Part shown: piece by piece, positions 29,865 to 39,530 of the stretch
How the letters are laid out: every line of letters begins with the position of its first letter
Numbering within the stretch: the first letter of the stretch is position 1
Assembly (NCBI GenBank): GCA_025061115.1
Contig: JANZKC010000001.1
Coordinates: forward strand, 704,001-768,000
Origin: Candidatus Culexmicrobium cathedralense
GTDB lineage: Archaea; Thermoproteota; Methanomethylicia; Culexarchaeales; Culexmicrobiaceae
Direction of reading: 5' to 3'
Length of the DNA: 64,000 nucleotides
Notes under the pieces: model-generated
Seen by the model: only the letters and a program-made list of their open reading frames with translations
Told to the model about the DNA's origin: nothing
Database searches by the model: none
Program-made: the position numbers and the translations under genes

Positions 29865-31130
29865 GTGGATAACTTTGCTTTGTTTTTGGAGTGCTGTAAG
29901 TGCGGAAGAGAGTTCTCCGTAGATAGTTTTGCTTTCAGGTGTTTGGATTGTAATGAGCCGTTGGAAGTGGTTTACGATTATGATTTTTTGAAGTCAGCTA
30001 TTTCCAAGGAGGTTCTGGCGAAAAGGCAGTGGAGTTTGTGGAGGTATTGGGAGCTTTTGCCAGCGAAAGCTCAAAGGAATATCGTCACGCTTGGTGAGGG
30101 AGGTACGCCGCTTATAAGGAGCACGAGGTTATCGCGTGCTCTTAGCGTTGAGGAGCTTTATTTTAAGGATGAGGGTAGGAATCCGACTGGCTCGTTTAAG
30201 GATAGGGGTTCAAGTGTTGGTGTGAGTAAGGCGTTGGAGGTTGGCGCGGGAATTGTGGGCTGCGCATCTACTGGCAACATGGCGGCTTCATTGTCGGCCT
30301 ATGCAGCTAAAGCGGGATTGAAGTGCGTGATCTTAATTCCCCATGGAACTCCTGTGGAGAAGGTTCTTCAAACACTGTATTATGAGCCGATAACTTTGGC
30401 CGTCGATCTTCCATACCCCGAGTTATATAGGATGTCCTTTGAAATGGCTAAGGAATTCAACGTCTACTTAGTGCACTCCGACAGCCCGATGAGAGTTGAG
30501 GGGCAGAAGACAGTTGCATTTGAAATTTGCGAGCAACTGGATTGGAGGGCGCCTGACATTGTTGTCGTGCCGACAAGTAGTGGAGGCAACTTCAGCGCAA
30601 TTTGGAAGGGGTTCAAGGAGTTTTACGAGCTGGACTTAATTGATAAGCTTCCAAGAATGGTCTGCGTTCAGAGCGAGGGTTGCGCGCCGATTGTAGAGGC
30701 GTTCAAGAACAGGAGCGAGCTCAAGCCCTGGCCGAAGCCGCAGACCATTGCACATTCAATATCGAATCCAAATCCGATCTTGGCAAGTGGGAGAAGAGTT
30801 TTGAAAATTTTGGATGAGTGCGAGGGGTTGGCAATTGCAGTGTCTGATGAGGAAATACTTGAGGCTCAGAAGCAGTTGGCAGTTATGGAGGGATTGTTTG
30901 TTGAGCCTGCATCTGCAGCTACAGTGGCAGGCTTGAAGAAGTTGGTGGAGAAGGGTGTAATTGATGGGGATGAGAAAGTTGTATGTGTTTTAACTGGATT
31001 TGGCTTGAAGGACACTAAAGTGATTAAGAGGCATGTTAAGGAGCCAATCAGTGTGAAATCTTGGAGTCAATTTAGAGAAATTTTGAATGCCTTGATGAAA
31101 GGTGTGAAAGCTGCACCATCAACCCGCTGA
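29865..31130 (+). CDS. thrC: Threonine synthase
   Basis: N-terminal zinc ribbon, LGEGGTPL, NPTGSFKDRG (PLP Lys), ASTGN, EGQKT, EPASA and TGFGLK. Confidence 0.88.
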   Translation: MDNFALFLECCKCGREFSVDSFAFRCLDCNEPLEVVYDYDFLKSAISKEVLAKRQWSLWRYWELLPAKAQRNIVTLGEGGTPLIRSTRLSRALSVEELYFKDEGRNPTGSFKDRGSSVGVSKALEVGAGIVGCASTGNMAASLSAYAAKAGLKCVILIPHGTPVEKVLQTLYYEPITLAVDLPYPELYRMSFEMAKEFNVYLVHSDSPMRVEGQKTVAFEICEQLDWRAPDIVVVPTSSGGNFSAIWKGFKEFYELDLIDKLPRMVCVQSEGCAPIVEAFKNRSELKPWPKPQTIAHSISNPNPILASGRRVLKILDECEGLAIAVSDEEILEAQKQLAVMEGLFVEPASAATVAGLKKLVEKGVIDGDEKVVCVLTGFGLKDTKVIKRHVKEPISVKSWSQFREILNALMKGVKAAPSTR

Positions 31131-31381
31131 ATCACCTATCCTCAACTAGTTAAGCTCATGAGTTTATGGTTTGAGCTCGCTTAGAGTTAAATTGCAACAA
31201 TTAATGGTGGTTGAAGCTCTGTTGCAGGGATTCATAACTTCGCTTTGCCTTCACTTCCATAAGCATGAACCACTTCTGCTTCAAATCAGGTAGATTAGCG
31301 ATAAATATTCAGGGTTCCGTCAACAACTCCAACCTAATAGGCTGATTTAATTTCGATCGGCATTGCTGCTAATCGAGTTTA

Positions 31382-31904
31382 CTATGATGTTATTGGTTTG
31401 GATATTTTGGTGATGGCTATCAGCATTATGCCTGTGACTAGAGTTAAAATTGGAGCTATGTCTGGCATTATGGGCAGGTATTGGATTAAGTGTGGTCCAT
31501 GTTCTTGTCCTGGAACATAGTCTATAAGAACTGCGACGGCGTAGGGTGATGTGCTTCTGCACCATAGGTATTGACGATGTGATTGCAAGGATGCCTGAGA
31601 TGTAGCCTGTTTTTCGCTTTTTGGGCTTGATTGAATATAGCGTTGTAGTTACTATTGAAATTGTGTAGAGCATGATTGAGGTTAACGCAATGGGGTAGTT
31701 TGTTGGGGCTTCGTTTTGGATGAGCTCTAATGCTTCTATTATTCCTAGACTGTTAGTTTTAATGACCATTATTGGCTTGGGGTTTAGATCGTAGATTCCA
31801 GTCCAGGGTAGGAGTGAAGATAGTATTAGTGAGAGGAGCAAGGTGTACTGAATGAGCTTAACTTTATGTTTTGCTAATAATTTAAAGACGTACCGGACTT
31901 TCAC
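31382..31904 (-). pseudogene. Orphan membrane protein with a probable frameshift near 31560
   Basis: Hydrophobic N-terminal ORF turns polar after ITSSIP, while the overlapping 31382-31588 frame supplies a final TM helix. Confidence 0.45.
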
Positions 31905-31974
31905 AATTAATGATTTTCTTGCTTTAATTTTAATTTTTTGAAGCTAATCACTTATTTGTTAATTGCTTGACCTC

Positions 31975-32319
31975 TTAATGTGAAAAGTGCGATCTAAGTT
32001 TCATAATAATGTAGTATATTGTTGCCATGTACGTGATTGCGGTTATTAGGATTAATGCTTGGCTTTTTACTAGGTATTTGTATGCCAGTGTATCTATGTA
32101 GCTCATGTTGGATAGTGCTTCTAGTGGGCCGGGCTCAGTTGGCCAGGGGAAAATTGTTCCCGGCGGGCTAGTTCTCCAGTATACTTGGGATTCTTTAGTG
32201 TCTTCATAGATGTGGTGAATTATGCTGTACAATTTAATGGTGAAGGCTGTAGTGTAGATCACGCATATTAAAAGTGCAGTTAAAGTGGTTAAAGTAATTA
32301 TTGACTTTGAGAATTTCAT
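31975..32319 (-). CDS. Orphan 2-TM membrane protein
   Basis: Two hydrophobic helices flanking a Pro-rich loop (PPGTIFPWPTEPGP). Confidence 0.55.
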   Translation of the reverse strand: MKFSKSIITLTTLTALLICVIYTTAFTIKLYSIIHHIYEDTKESQVYWRTSPPGTIFPWPTEPGPLEALSNMSYIDTLAYKYLVKSQALILITAITYMATIYYIIMKLRSHFSH

Positions 32320-32398
32320 GAGCTACTTCTCCTATGGTATTTGTATTGAGTTCCTATTATATTATTGTTTGTGTATTTTGTATTTGGTTGGTGGTTTT

Positions 32399-33406
32399 AT
32401 GGTTGTTTCTTTTGTTTTGAGGAGGTTGGGGTGGAGGGAGGAGGTTGTTCATTCGCCTAGGGGTTTGGTTAAGGATGAGTGTTATTTGGGGAGGGGTGTT
32501 GATGTATTAAATGTGTATGAGCGTTGTGGGCATGCGTGTTGTTATTGTTATGCTGAGTGGCCTTGGAGTCCTGGTAGCGTGGTTGTTAGGGTTAATGTTG
32601 TTGAGAGGGCTAGGCGGGATTTGGTTAAGCGGTATTTGGGGAGGAGAGTTGTTATTAATTTGGGCTCTGCAGTTGATCCGTATCAGCCTATTGAGAGCAA
32701 GTTTAAGTTGACTCGTAGAGTTATTGGGCTTCTCATGAGGTTTAATGCTTCCTTCTACATTTGTACTAAGTCGAGCCTTGTTTGTAGGGATTTGGATCTG
32801 CTGAGTGGGTATGAGAATTGTTGGGTTGGCGTTACGGTTACTAGTTTGAATCCGGACTTTCAGAGGGTTTTTGAGCCTTATGCTGCTAGTCCTGAGGAGA
32901 GGCTGCGCGTTATTGAGAGGCTTGTTGAAGCTGGCGTGATGGTTATCGCCCGCATATCGCCAATTATTCCTGGAGTTAATGATTCTGCAGAGGAGTTGAG
33001 GAGGCTTGTCAGCGAGCTGAGGAGTGTGGGTGTGCAGTATTTTACTGCTGATGTTTTGAAGTTGGATAGGAGAGGCTACGTGCTTTATGGCTGGAGTGGA
33101 ATGCCTAATTGGAAGAGGCCATTGATTATGGCTTTGGAGGAGTGGGGTGGAAAGAATCTTGTTGAAAAAATTGCTAACATGTACTATAGGGATGGCGAAG
33201 TTCTCTATGGATATGTCGTTCCAAGAGAAGCTGAAAGGCTGAGAATTTTAAGTAGTGTTAAGGCTTTCTGTGGAGAAGCAAAGTTTACGACTTGTAATAT
33301 GGGGATTGAAATTAAGAGGAGGCTGACCAACTGGATTGGAAGTGAAGGAGAGTTCATGTGTGCATGCTACGCCAGGAAGCCAACTGAAATACGTTTGAGT
33401 AAGTAA
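32399..33406 (+). CDS. Radical SAM protein, spore-photoproduct-lyase-like (SPL/Rv2578c-type)
   Basis: CGHACCYC, GSAVDPYQPIE, ICTKS, FEPYA.SPEERL and PIIPGVND; start at ATG 32399. Confidence 0.85.
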   Translation: MVVSFVLRRLGWREEVVHSPRGLVKDECYLGRGVDVLNVYERCGHACCYCYAEWPWSPGSVVVRVNVVERARRDLVKRYLGRRVVINLGSAVDPYQPIESKFKLTRRVIGLLMRFNASFYICTKSSLVCRDLDLLSGYENCWVGVTVTSLNPDFQRVFEPYAASPEERLRVIERLVEAGVMVIARISPIIPGVNDSAEELRRLVSELRSVGVQYFTADVLKLDRRGYVLYGWSGMPNWKRPLIMALEEWGGKNLVEKIANMYYRDGEVLYGYVVPREAERLRILSSVKAFCGEAKFTTCNMGIEIKRRLTNWIGSEGEFMCACYARKPTEIRLSK

Positions 33407-33443
33407 GCATAAATTAGGTCATGACTAAGATTAGAATCGGAGG

Positions 33444-34838
33444 ATGCAGGTGGCCGACATGGAGAAGCTATTCGGAACAAATGGCATAAGAGGCCGCTTT
33501 GGATTCGAGCTTACAGTAGATTTTGCAGTTAAGGTTGCACTTGCAATTGGAACCTACTTCAATCAGGGAGATGTACTTGTTGGATGCGATGGGAGAGTGA
33601 GCGGCCCAGCTCTCAAGGGGGCAGTTATCAGTGGACTTCTCGCATCTGGATGCAATGTTGTAGATGCTGGAATGCTGCCTACCCCCGCCCTTCAATTTGG
33701 AGTTAAGAAATTCAAGTATGATGGAGGAGTCATGATAACTGCAAGCCATAATCCTCCGGAATTCAATGGAATAAAGGTCGTGGGTCCTGATGGAATTGAA
33801 GTTCCCAGAAGCGAGGAAGTGAAGATTGAAAGCATATTTTTTGAGGAGAAGTTTAGGAGAGCAGCGTGGAATGAAGTTGGGAGAATTAAAGAGGCGCCAA
33901 ACATAATTTCAGAGTACATTGATGCGGTAGTTAGCCACGTCAATGCTAGGCGAATAGCTGCCCAAAACTTCAAGGTGATCGTGGACCCAGGAAATGGAGT
34001 GTCAACCTTAACTGTACCGGAAGTTTTGAGCAGGCTTGGATGCCGAATACTTCCAGTAAATGACGCTATAGATGGGCGCTTTCCTGGCCGTGGAGCCGAG
34101 CCCACGCCAGCCGCCCTAACTGGCATTGCAAAAGTAGTTAAGATGTCAGGAGCAGACTTGGGAGCATCATATGATGGAGATGGAGATAGAGCAATATTCA
34201 CAGATGAACTTGGAGTAGTGCATTGGGGAGATAAGAGCGGCGCCATAATTGAAAAGCACTTGCTCAAGAGGGCTGGCGGAGGAATTATCGTGACGCCGGT
34301 GAGCTCATCGAAGTTGATTGAGGAGGTGGCAATAGCTCACGGAGGAAAGGTTGTCTGGACCAAGGTTGGAAGCGTAACTGTATCCCACGTCCTGAAGAAA
34401 GTCAATGGCCTTCTTGGAATCGAGGAAAACGGCGGCGTTTTCTACCCACCGCACCAGCCAGTTAGAGATGGAGCCATGACAACAGCGCTAATCCTCGAAA
34501 TAATGGCTGAGAGAAGCGAAAAGCTGTCGAAGCTAGTTGATGAACTCCCGAAGTACTATAATGTGAAGGAGAAAATTTCATGTCCAAACAACTTGAAGAG
34601 AAGCGTCATCGAAAAAGTAGCGGCAATTGTAAGGGAGGAGGGAGAGGCCGTGAAAATCGAAACCATCGACGGAGTTAAGGTGTGGATTGACAATAACACT
34701 TGGGTTTTAATTAGAGCATCAGGCACGGAGCCCATAATAAGAGTATACGCTGAAGCTAAGAAGAGGAAAAGGGCGGAGGAAATCGCGGAGGCCTATAAGA
34801 GCAAGGTAGCGCATATTGTAAAATCGATTGGAGGATAA
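33444..34838 (+). CDS. glmM: Phosphoglucosamine mutase / PMM-PGM
   Basis: LFGTNGIRG, TASHNP, DGDGDR and RASGTEP motifs. Confidence 0.92.
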   Translation: MQVADMEKLFGTNGIRGRFGFELTVDFAVKVALAIGTYFNQGDVLVGCDGRVSGPALKGAVISGLLASGCNVVDAGMLPTPALQFGVKKFKYDGGVMITASHNPPEFNGIKVVGPDGIEVPRSEEVKIESIFFEEKFRRAAWNEVGRIKEAPNIISEYIDAVVSHVNARRIAAQNFKVIVDPGNGVSTLTVPEVLSRLGCRILPVNDAIDGRFPGRGAEPTPAALTGIAKVVKMSGADLGASYDGDGDRAIFTDELGVVHWGDKSGAIIEKHLLKRAGGGIIVTPVSSSKLIEEVAIAHGGKVVWTKVGSVTVSHVLKKVNGLLGIEENGGVFYPPHQPVRDGAMTTALILEIMAERSEKLSKLVDELPKYYNVKEKISCPNNLKRSVIEKVAAIVREEGEAVKIETIDGVKVWIDNNTWVLIRASGTEPIIRVYAEAKKRKRAEEIAEAYKSKVAHIVKSIGG

Positions 34839-34841
34839 TTA

Positions 34842-35792
34842 TTGGCTGAAAAGCTTCTTAAAGCTGTAAAGTTCGACTGGTTCGACCAACTGGACAATCT
34901 AGCTGAAATAGCGTTAGGCTCACTTAACCGCATAAGCATAGTAGCAGAAGGTGGAGGATATGCATCTGCCATATCGGCAGTTGCATCATTCAAATCCCTA
35001 TTAGGAGTAAATGTTGGGTGCTTCCACCCACGCGAATACTCTACCTACGCTGCGCCCTACGTGAATGAAGATGAGCTAGTAATATTTCTAACGAGGGGAA
35101 GCCCCTTACCCCCGCGAATTCTGCATTCCATCAGAACATGCAGCATAATGAACTTGAAAACAGCACTAGTAGTTGCTGGAGAGCTGCTTGAGGAAGATGA
35201 GGATGTTCTCGGCTACATAGAAGCGCTAGTAGAGCTAAACGCCCCCCGAGATAATTTAGCGGCGGTTCATTTCATTGCATCCACGTCGGTTCTAATAAGC
35301 CTCGCAGCTGAAATTGCTATGCGAACAATGCAGAATCCAAGGGCGCAGGAAATACTTAATGAATTGGAAAGGCTGAGTAGGGAAGTTGAAGTTGATGAAG
35401 ATATGGAAAGCGCTGCCGCCAAAATCATCAGTGAAGCAGCGAGTAGAAGTAGAGTGTACGTCTACGCAGGACCGACGCTTTACGGACTGGCATTAAAGAT
35501 CTGCAGAGACATGAACTTGAATTCGGAGAGAACATTCATTCCATGCAGAATTGAAGAGCACCCCTACATAACTAGAGGATTAAGGAAGGGAGATTACGCC
35601 TTAATACTTAAAACCGAACTTGAGGAAAAATCCGCTAGGGAGCTATTGAACTTCCTGAAGATAAGGGGAATCGACAACTCAGCGCTGGAATTTAAGGGGG
35701 AGCCGCTCCTAGCCCCCATAGGCCTTGGAGCAGTAATTCTCCAAAAACTAACGCACCTAATCCAACCTGCAAGCGCGGAGGATGTATGGTAG
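34842..35792 (+). CDS. Divergent double-SIS-domain protein (GlmS-C or PGI/PMI-like fold)
   Basis: Two alpha/beta SIS-like halves of suitable size directly after glmM; catalytic motifs not recognisable. Confidence 0.5.
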   Translation: MAEKLLKAVKFDWFDQLDNLAEIALGSLNRISIVAEGGGYASAISAVASFKSLLGVNVGCFHPREYSTYAAPYVNEDELVIFLTRGSPLPPRILHSIRTCSIMNLKTALVVAGELLEEDEDVLGYIEALVELNAPRDNLAAVHFIASTSVLISLAAEIAMRTMQNPRAQEILNELERLSREVEVDEDMESAAAKIISEAASRSRVYVYAGPTLYGLALKICRDMNLNSERTFIPCRIEEHPYITRGLRKGDYALILKTELEEKSARELLNFLKIRGIDNSALEFKGEPLLAPIGLGAVILQKLTHLIQPASAEDVW

Positions 35793-35801
35793 GTGTAAGA
35801 G

Positions 35802-36584
35802 TTGCTGCGCAAAATACTCGAAGTCCTAGGCATCTACAAGATCTACGAGAAGTGGCTTTGGCGGCAGATTAAGCGCGGAGAGAAGCCAGAGCACGTAGCC
35901 ATAATTTTGGATGGAAATAGAAGGTGGGCGAAGATTAGGGGGCTGCCCCCCTGGGCCGGCCATGAAGAGGGAGCCAAGAAAGTTGAAAACCTACTTAGAT
36001 GGTGCTTCGACTCGGGAATAAGAACCCTAACAATCTACGTATTCTCAACCGAAAACTTCCAGAGGCCAAGGGAGGAAGTAGAGGCGATCATGAACCTAGC
36101 CAAGAAGTACATTCAAAGAGCCATGGCGAGCAAGGAGATCCACGACTACCAAGTCAGAGTAAAGGCTATTGGAAAGCTAGAACTACTTCCAGAGGACTTG
36201 AGAGAGGAAATTAGGAAGCTGGAAGAGGCAACCAAGAACTACAGCAAGCACTACCTAAACATTGCAATTGCATATGGCGGTAGAAGCGAAATCATCGACG
36301 CAGTAAAGCGAATAGCAGAAAAAATCAAGTCAGGCGAACTGGACACCCAAGATATTACGGAGGAAGTGTTCGAGAAGCACCTCTACACAGCCCACCTGCC
36401 GAACCCCAATCCAGACCTCATAATTAGAACCAGCGGAGAAGAGCGGCTGAGCGGATTCCTCCTATGGCAATCAGCATACAGTGAACTCATATTCTTAGAC
36501 GTTTACTGGCCGGACTTCAGGAAAATAGACCTTTGGAGGGCAATAAGGACATACCAGAAGCGCGAAAGAAGATTTGGAAGGTGA
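35802..36584 (+). CDS. uppS: cis-prenyltransferase (polyprenyl diphosphate synthase)
   Basis: HVAIILDGNRRWA, FSTENF, YGGRSEI, IRTSGEERLSGFLLWQ and RRFGR. Confidence 0.95.
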   Translation: MLRKILEVLGIYKIYEKWLWRQIKRGEKPEHVAIILDGNRRWAKIRGLPPWAGHEEGAKKVENLLRWCFDSGIRTLTIYVFSTENFQRPREEVEAIMNLAKKYIQRAMASKEIHDYQVRVKAIGKLELLPEDLREEIRKLEEATKNYSKHYLNIAIAYGGRSEIIDAVKRIAEKIKSGELDTQDITEEVFEKHLYTAHLPNPNPDLIIRTSGEERLSGFLLWQSAYSELIFLDVYWPDFRKIDLWRAIRTYQKRERRFGR

Positions 36585-37638
36585 CCGCGTATTGGAAAGC
36601 CTCCCAAAGGTCTCAGTGATAATTCCAGTTAGAAACTGCGAAGAAACCATAGAAGACCTCCTCATATCTCTGATGAACGTAGATTACCCCAAGGACAGAG
36701 TGGAAGTGATACTGGTCGACGGGCAATCCACCGACAACACCGTCAGCATAGCATCCAAATATCCAATAAAGATACTGCAAGAGCCAGGGCTCGGACCAAA
36801 CTACGCTAGGAAAATTGGAGTTGAAGCATCAACTGGAGAGATACTTGCCTTCACCGATGGAGACTGCATAGTGCCTAAGCACTGGATCAAAATCATCGTT
36901 GAAAACCTTTCAAGCCCGGAGGTGGGCTGTGTAGGAGGAAGCGTATATGCAGACAAGTCAATCAGAAACAACATCTTCGCAAGCTACGCTGACAAGTCAG
37001 TGATGCGCGTAATGCCGCTCGCAAAGAAAAGGGAAGTGCTAAGCGAGCCGGAAGTTTTCAAGCACCTGGCATTCTGCAACATGGCGATAAAGAGAGAAGC
37101 TCTAACTAAGATTGGGGGGCTGGACACCTCGCTGAAGACGTTCGAAGACGTTGACACGGTGCAGAGCATATGCGAAGTAGGGTACAAAATGATATTGGAC
37201 CCCAAAATGTACGTTTGGCATAAGCACAGGCAAACGCTAAGAGGTATTTTAAAGCAAACGCACGCCTACGGAATGGGCGGCCCCAAATTCAGGAAAAAGC
37301 ACCCTAAAAGCAAGATAGCTAAGTTCTATAGAGTGGGTTTAACTGCATTTTACATCTTCATGCTAATTCTAGCCTTAGGGCTCGCCGCCTCACTAACTAC
37401 TGGAAACCTAACCCCCCTACTGGCAGCCTTCTCCCCATTCATAATCGGGTATTTAGCTGGATTCGCCTACTACGCGTGGAAGGGAAATGGGTTGAAGGCC
37501 TCGCTGCTATATCCAATGATCGACGCTCTAAGGATATTCGCATTTTGCATTGGCGACTTAAAAGCATCCCTAATGGAAGCTAAAAAAGAAAATACGTTGA
37601 GTTCTAGGTTTCCGACAAATTCCAAGGCTTACCGCTAA
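36574..37638 (+). CDS. Family 2 glycosyltransferase with C-terminal TM segments
   Basis: VSVIIPVRN, VDGQSTDNT, FTDGDC and ED motifs. Confidence 0.88.
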   Translation: MEGDRVLESLPKVSVIIPVRNCEETIEDLLISLMNVDYPKDRVEVILVDGQSTDNTVSIASKYPIKILQEPGLGPNYARKIGVEASTGEILAFTDGDCIVPKHWIKIIVENLSSPEVGCVGGSVYADKSIRNNIFASYADKSVMRVMPLAKKREVLSEPEVFKHLAFCNMAIKREALTKIGGLDTSLKTFEDVDTVQSICEVGYKMILDPKMYVWHKHRQTLRGILKQTHAYGMGGPKFRKKHPKSKIAKFYRVGLTAFYIFMLILALGLAASLTTGNLTPLLAAFSPFIIGYLAGFAYYAWKGNGLKASLLYPMIDALRIFAFCIGDLKASLMEAKKENTLSSRFPTNSKAYR

Positions 37639-37999
37639 CTAGCACTTCCTCCGGTATCTTCTCCCTATAGCGTTTCAGGAAGGCGAGATCCTCATTCTTG
37701 TTTCTCAACTCGTCGGGAAGCATGTGAGGTATCTCCTCAATTATGGGGTACCACCTATTGCAATTACCGCATATTAAAAGTCCTTCAGCAACTTCTCGCT
37801 GAAGGCAGGACGAGCAATCCAAAGCAGCCTCCTTCAGCTCTGAAATAAACTTGCCTAAAAGGCCGCAGTACTCCTCACATACAATCTTCTTCTCCAACTC
37901 TACATTGTAGGAATACTGATTCTCGCTGAAAACTATTAGTTTGAGAGGAAAGCTCTTGCAGATTGGGCAAGCTAATATGTCTAGAAGCCTATACTTCAT
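37604..37999 (-). CDS. trm112: Trm112 methyltransferase activator (long form)
   Basis: LLDILACPIC and GLLICGNCNRWYPIIEEIPHML with a central Cys-containing insertion. Confidence 0.85.
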   Translation of the reverse strand: MKYRLLDILACPICKSFPLKLIVFSENQYSYNVELEKKIVCEEYCGLLGKFISELKEAALDCSSCLQREVAEGLLICGNCNRWYPIIEEIPHMLPDELRNKNEDLAFLKRYREKIPEEVLVSGKPWNLSET

Positions 38000-38051
38000 T
38001 TAGCACCCCACAACAGATTCTAGTTAGGGCAATTTAAGCTATTCGATGCAA

Positions 38052-38456
38052 TTAAAGGACAACGTGTATTTGCCTAACCTCATTTGGATCTAAACTCAAC
38101 CTCACAACGATCACGTAGTTGCTTTTAACTTCATATTCAAGCCTACTGCCAGTTTTACCGTCTATCACCTGAGTTATACGTGAAACAGGCACACCTTGAC
38201 CGCTCAAATCTATTTCAACATTAGCTACAACTGCCGCCGACCGATCATTTTTAACTTCAAATATCAAGCATATGCGGTAAGCGCCCGAAAACGCGTGAAC
38301 GTGTGCCCCCTTATACTTAGCTTTCAAGTTAACTACGTTCAGTGGCTGAAGGAAGTAGATCGATAAGCCGATAATCGCCATGGAAATTATAGCCGCAGCA
38401 AATAGCTTGAGAATTAATCCACGCTTCCTCTTCACTTTAGGCATTGCAACCACCAC
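38052..38456 (-). CDS. Membrane-anchored beta-sandwich protein of unknown function
   Basis: Basic N-terminus, one TM helix and a beta-rich body. Confidence 0.6.
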   Translation of the reverse strand: MVVAMPKVKRKRGLILKLFAAAIISMAIIGLSIYFLQPLNVVNLKAKYKGAHVHAFSGAYRICLIFEVKNDRSAAVVANVEIDLSGQGVPVSRITQVIDGKTGSRLEYEVKSNYVIVVRLSLDPNEVRQIHVVL

Positions 38457-38859
38457 CTAGGAGTTTAGCGCACTTGGATAAGTGGCGAGCCAGCCTAATA
38501 ACTTCAGTTGATATCTCGAATACCTTACCTTTCTCAATTACATAGTGCATTATCGGCGTCCGCTCATCCAATACTCGCTTAATGTGCTCCCCAATGAAGT
38601 GTAGCTGAATGCAGTGCGGAGAGCCGTCCACCGTCAAGATAACTAGTTCCCTTATCCCTGAAAGCTTAACTATACTCAGAATTTTGAATCCAACCTTGTT
38701 CATGTGAATTAATTCCATGCAGACGCCAAGCGGCACTCGCCCATTTGAGAACTCTCTCAGGATTTCCGGGCACTCCTGCTCTATGCACTTACTGTAAACT
38801 AGGAGGCTTGCGCCGCTAAGCATTTTACTTTTAACGCTTGTCGAGAGAAGCTCAGACAT
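38437..38859 (-). CDS. Uncharacterised putative Fe-S/metal-binding protein
   Basis: Spaced Cys residues and a 'TVDGSPHCIQLH' motif. Confidence 0.55.
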   Translation of the reverse strand: MSELLSTSVKSKMLSGASLLVYSKCIEQECPEILREFSNGRVPLGVCMELIHMNKVGFKILSIVKLSGIRELVILTVDGSPHCIQLHFIGEHIKRVLDERTPIMHYVIEKGKVFEISTEVIRLARHLSKCAKLLGGGCNA

Positions 38860-38906
38860 GATTAATCCCGCAAAGCATTATGCCGTAAAGCGCAATAACA
38901 TTTACT

Positions 38907-39530
38907 GTGGTGGAGTCATTGAACCTCAACATAGTACTGGCTTCGGCATCGCCGCGTAGAAGAGAAATTTTAGAGAGAGTATTGGGCAGGAGAGTTCAAG
39001 TCGTAGTTCCAAAGGTTGTTGAAGAAGTAAATGAGAAGTTGAGTCCAATTGAGAAAGCTAAGAAACTAGCTCTAAAAAAGGCGGAGTATGTTGCCAATAA
39101 AGTTAAAAGCGGAGTTATAGTTGCGGGAGACACCATAGTTGTCGTCGAAGGCGAAGTTCTTGGTAAGCCCAAGGATGAAATTGAAGCCATCAAAATGCTT
39201 ACGAAGCTGAGCGGCAAGGAGCACACCGTGATCACTGGCATTGCAGTTATAAATGCAGACACAGGCGAAAAGTTGGTGGATGCAGTTGAAACGAGAGTTT
39301 ACATGAGAAAAATGACAAGAAAAGAAATAGAGATGTACGTGAAAAGCCGCGAGCCCTTCGGGAAGGCTGGGGGATATGCTATTCAAGGGCTAGGTGCTCT
39401 ATTAATAGATAAAATTGATGGATGCTTCTTTAACGTCGTAGGCCTACCAATATCAAAGCTCTATGAAATGCTGAAGCAAGTAGGAGTAAACTTGCTTGAA
39501 GCAGCCCTTAGAGGGAGGAGAGGTGAATAA
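38907..39530 (+). CDS. maf: Maf nucleotide pyrophosphatase
   Basis: LASASPRR, GDTIV, LGKP, KAGGYAIQG and NVVGLP motifs. Confidence 0.93.
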   Translation: MVESLNLNIVLASASPRRREILERVLGRRVQVVVPKVVEEVNEKLSPIEKAKKLALKKAEYVANKVKSGVIVAGDTIVVVEGEVLGKPKDEIEAIKMLTKLSGKEHTVITGIAVINADTGEKLVDAVETRVYMRKMTRKEIEMYVKSREPFGKAGGYAIQGLGALLIDKIDGCFFNVVGLPISKLYEMLKQVGVNLLEAALRGRRGE

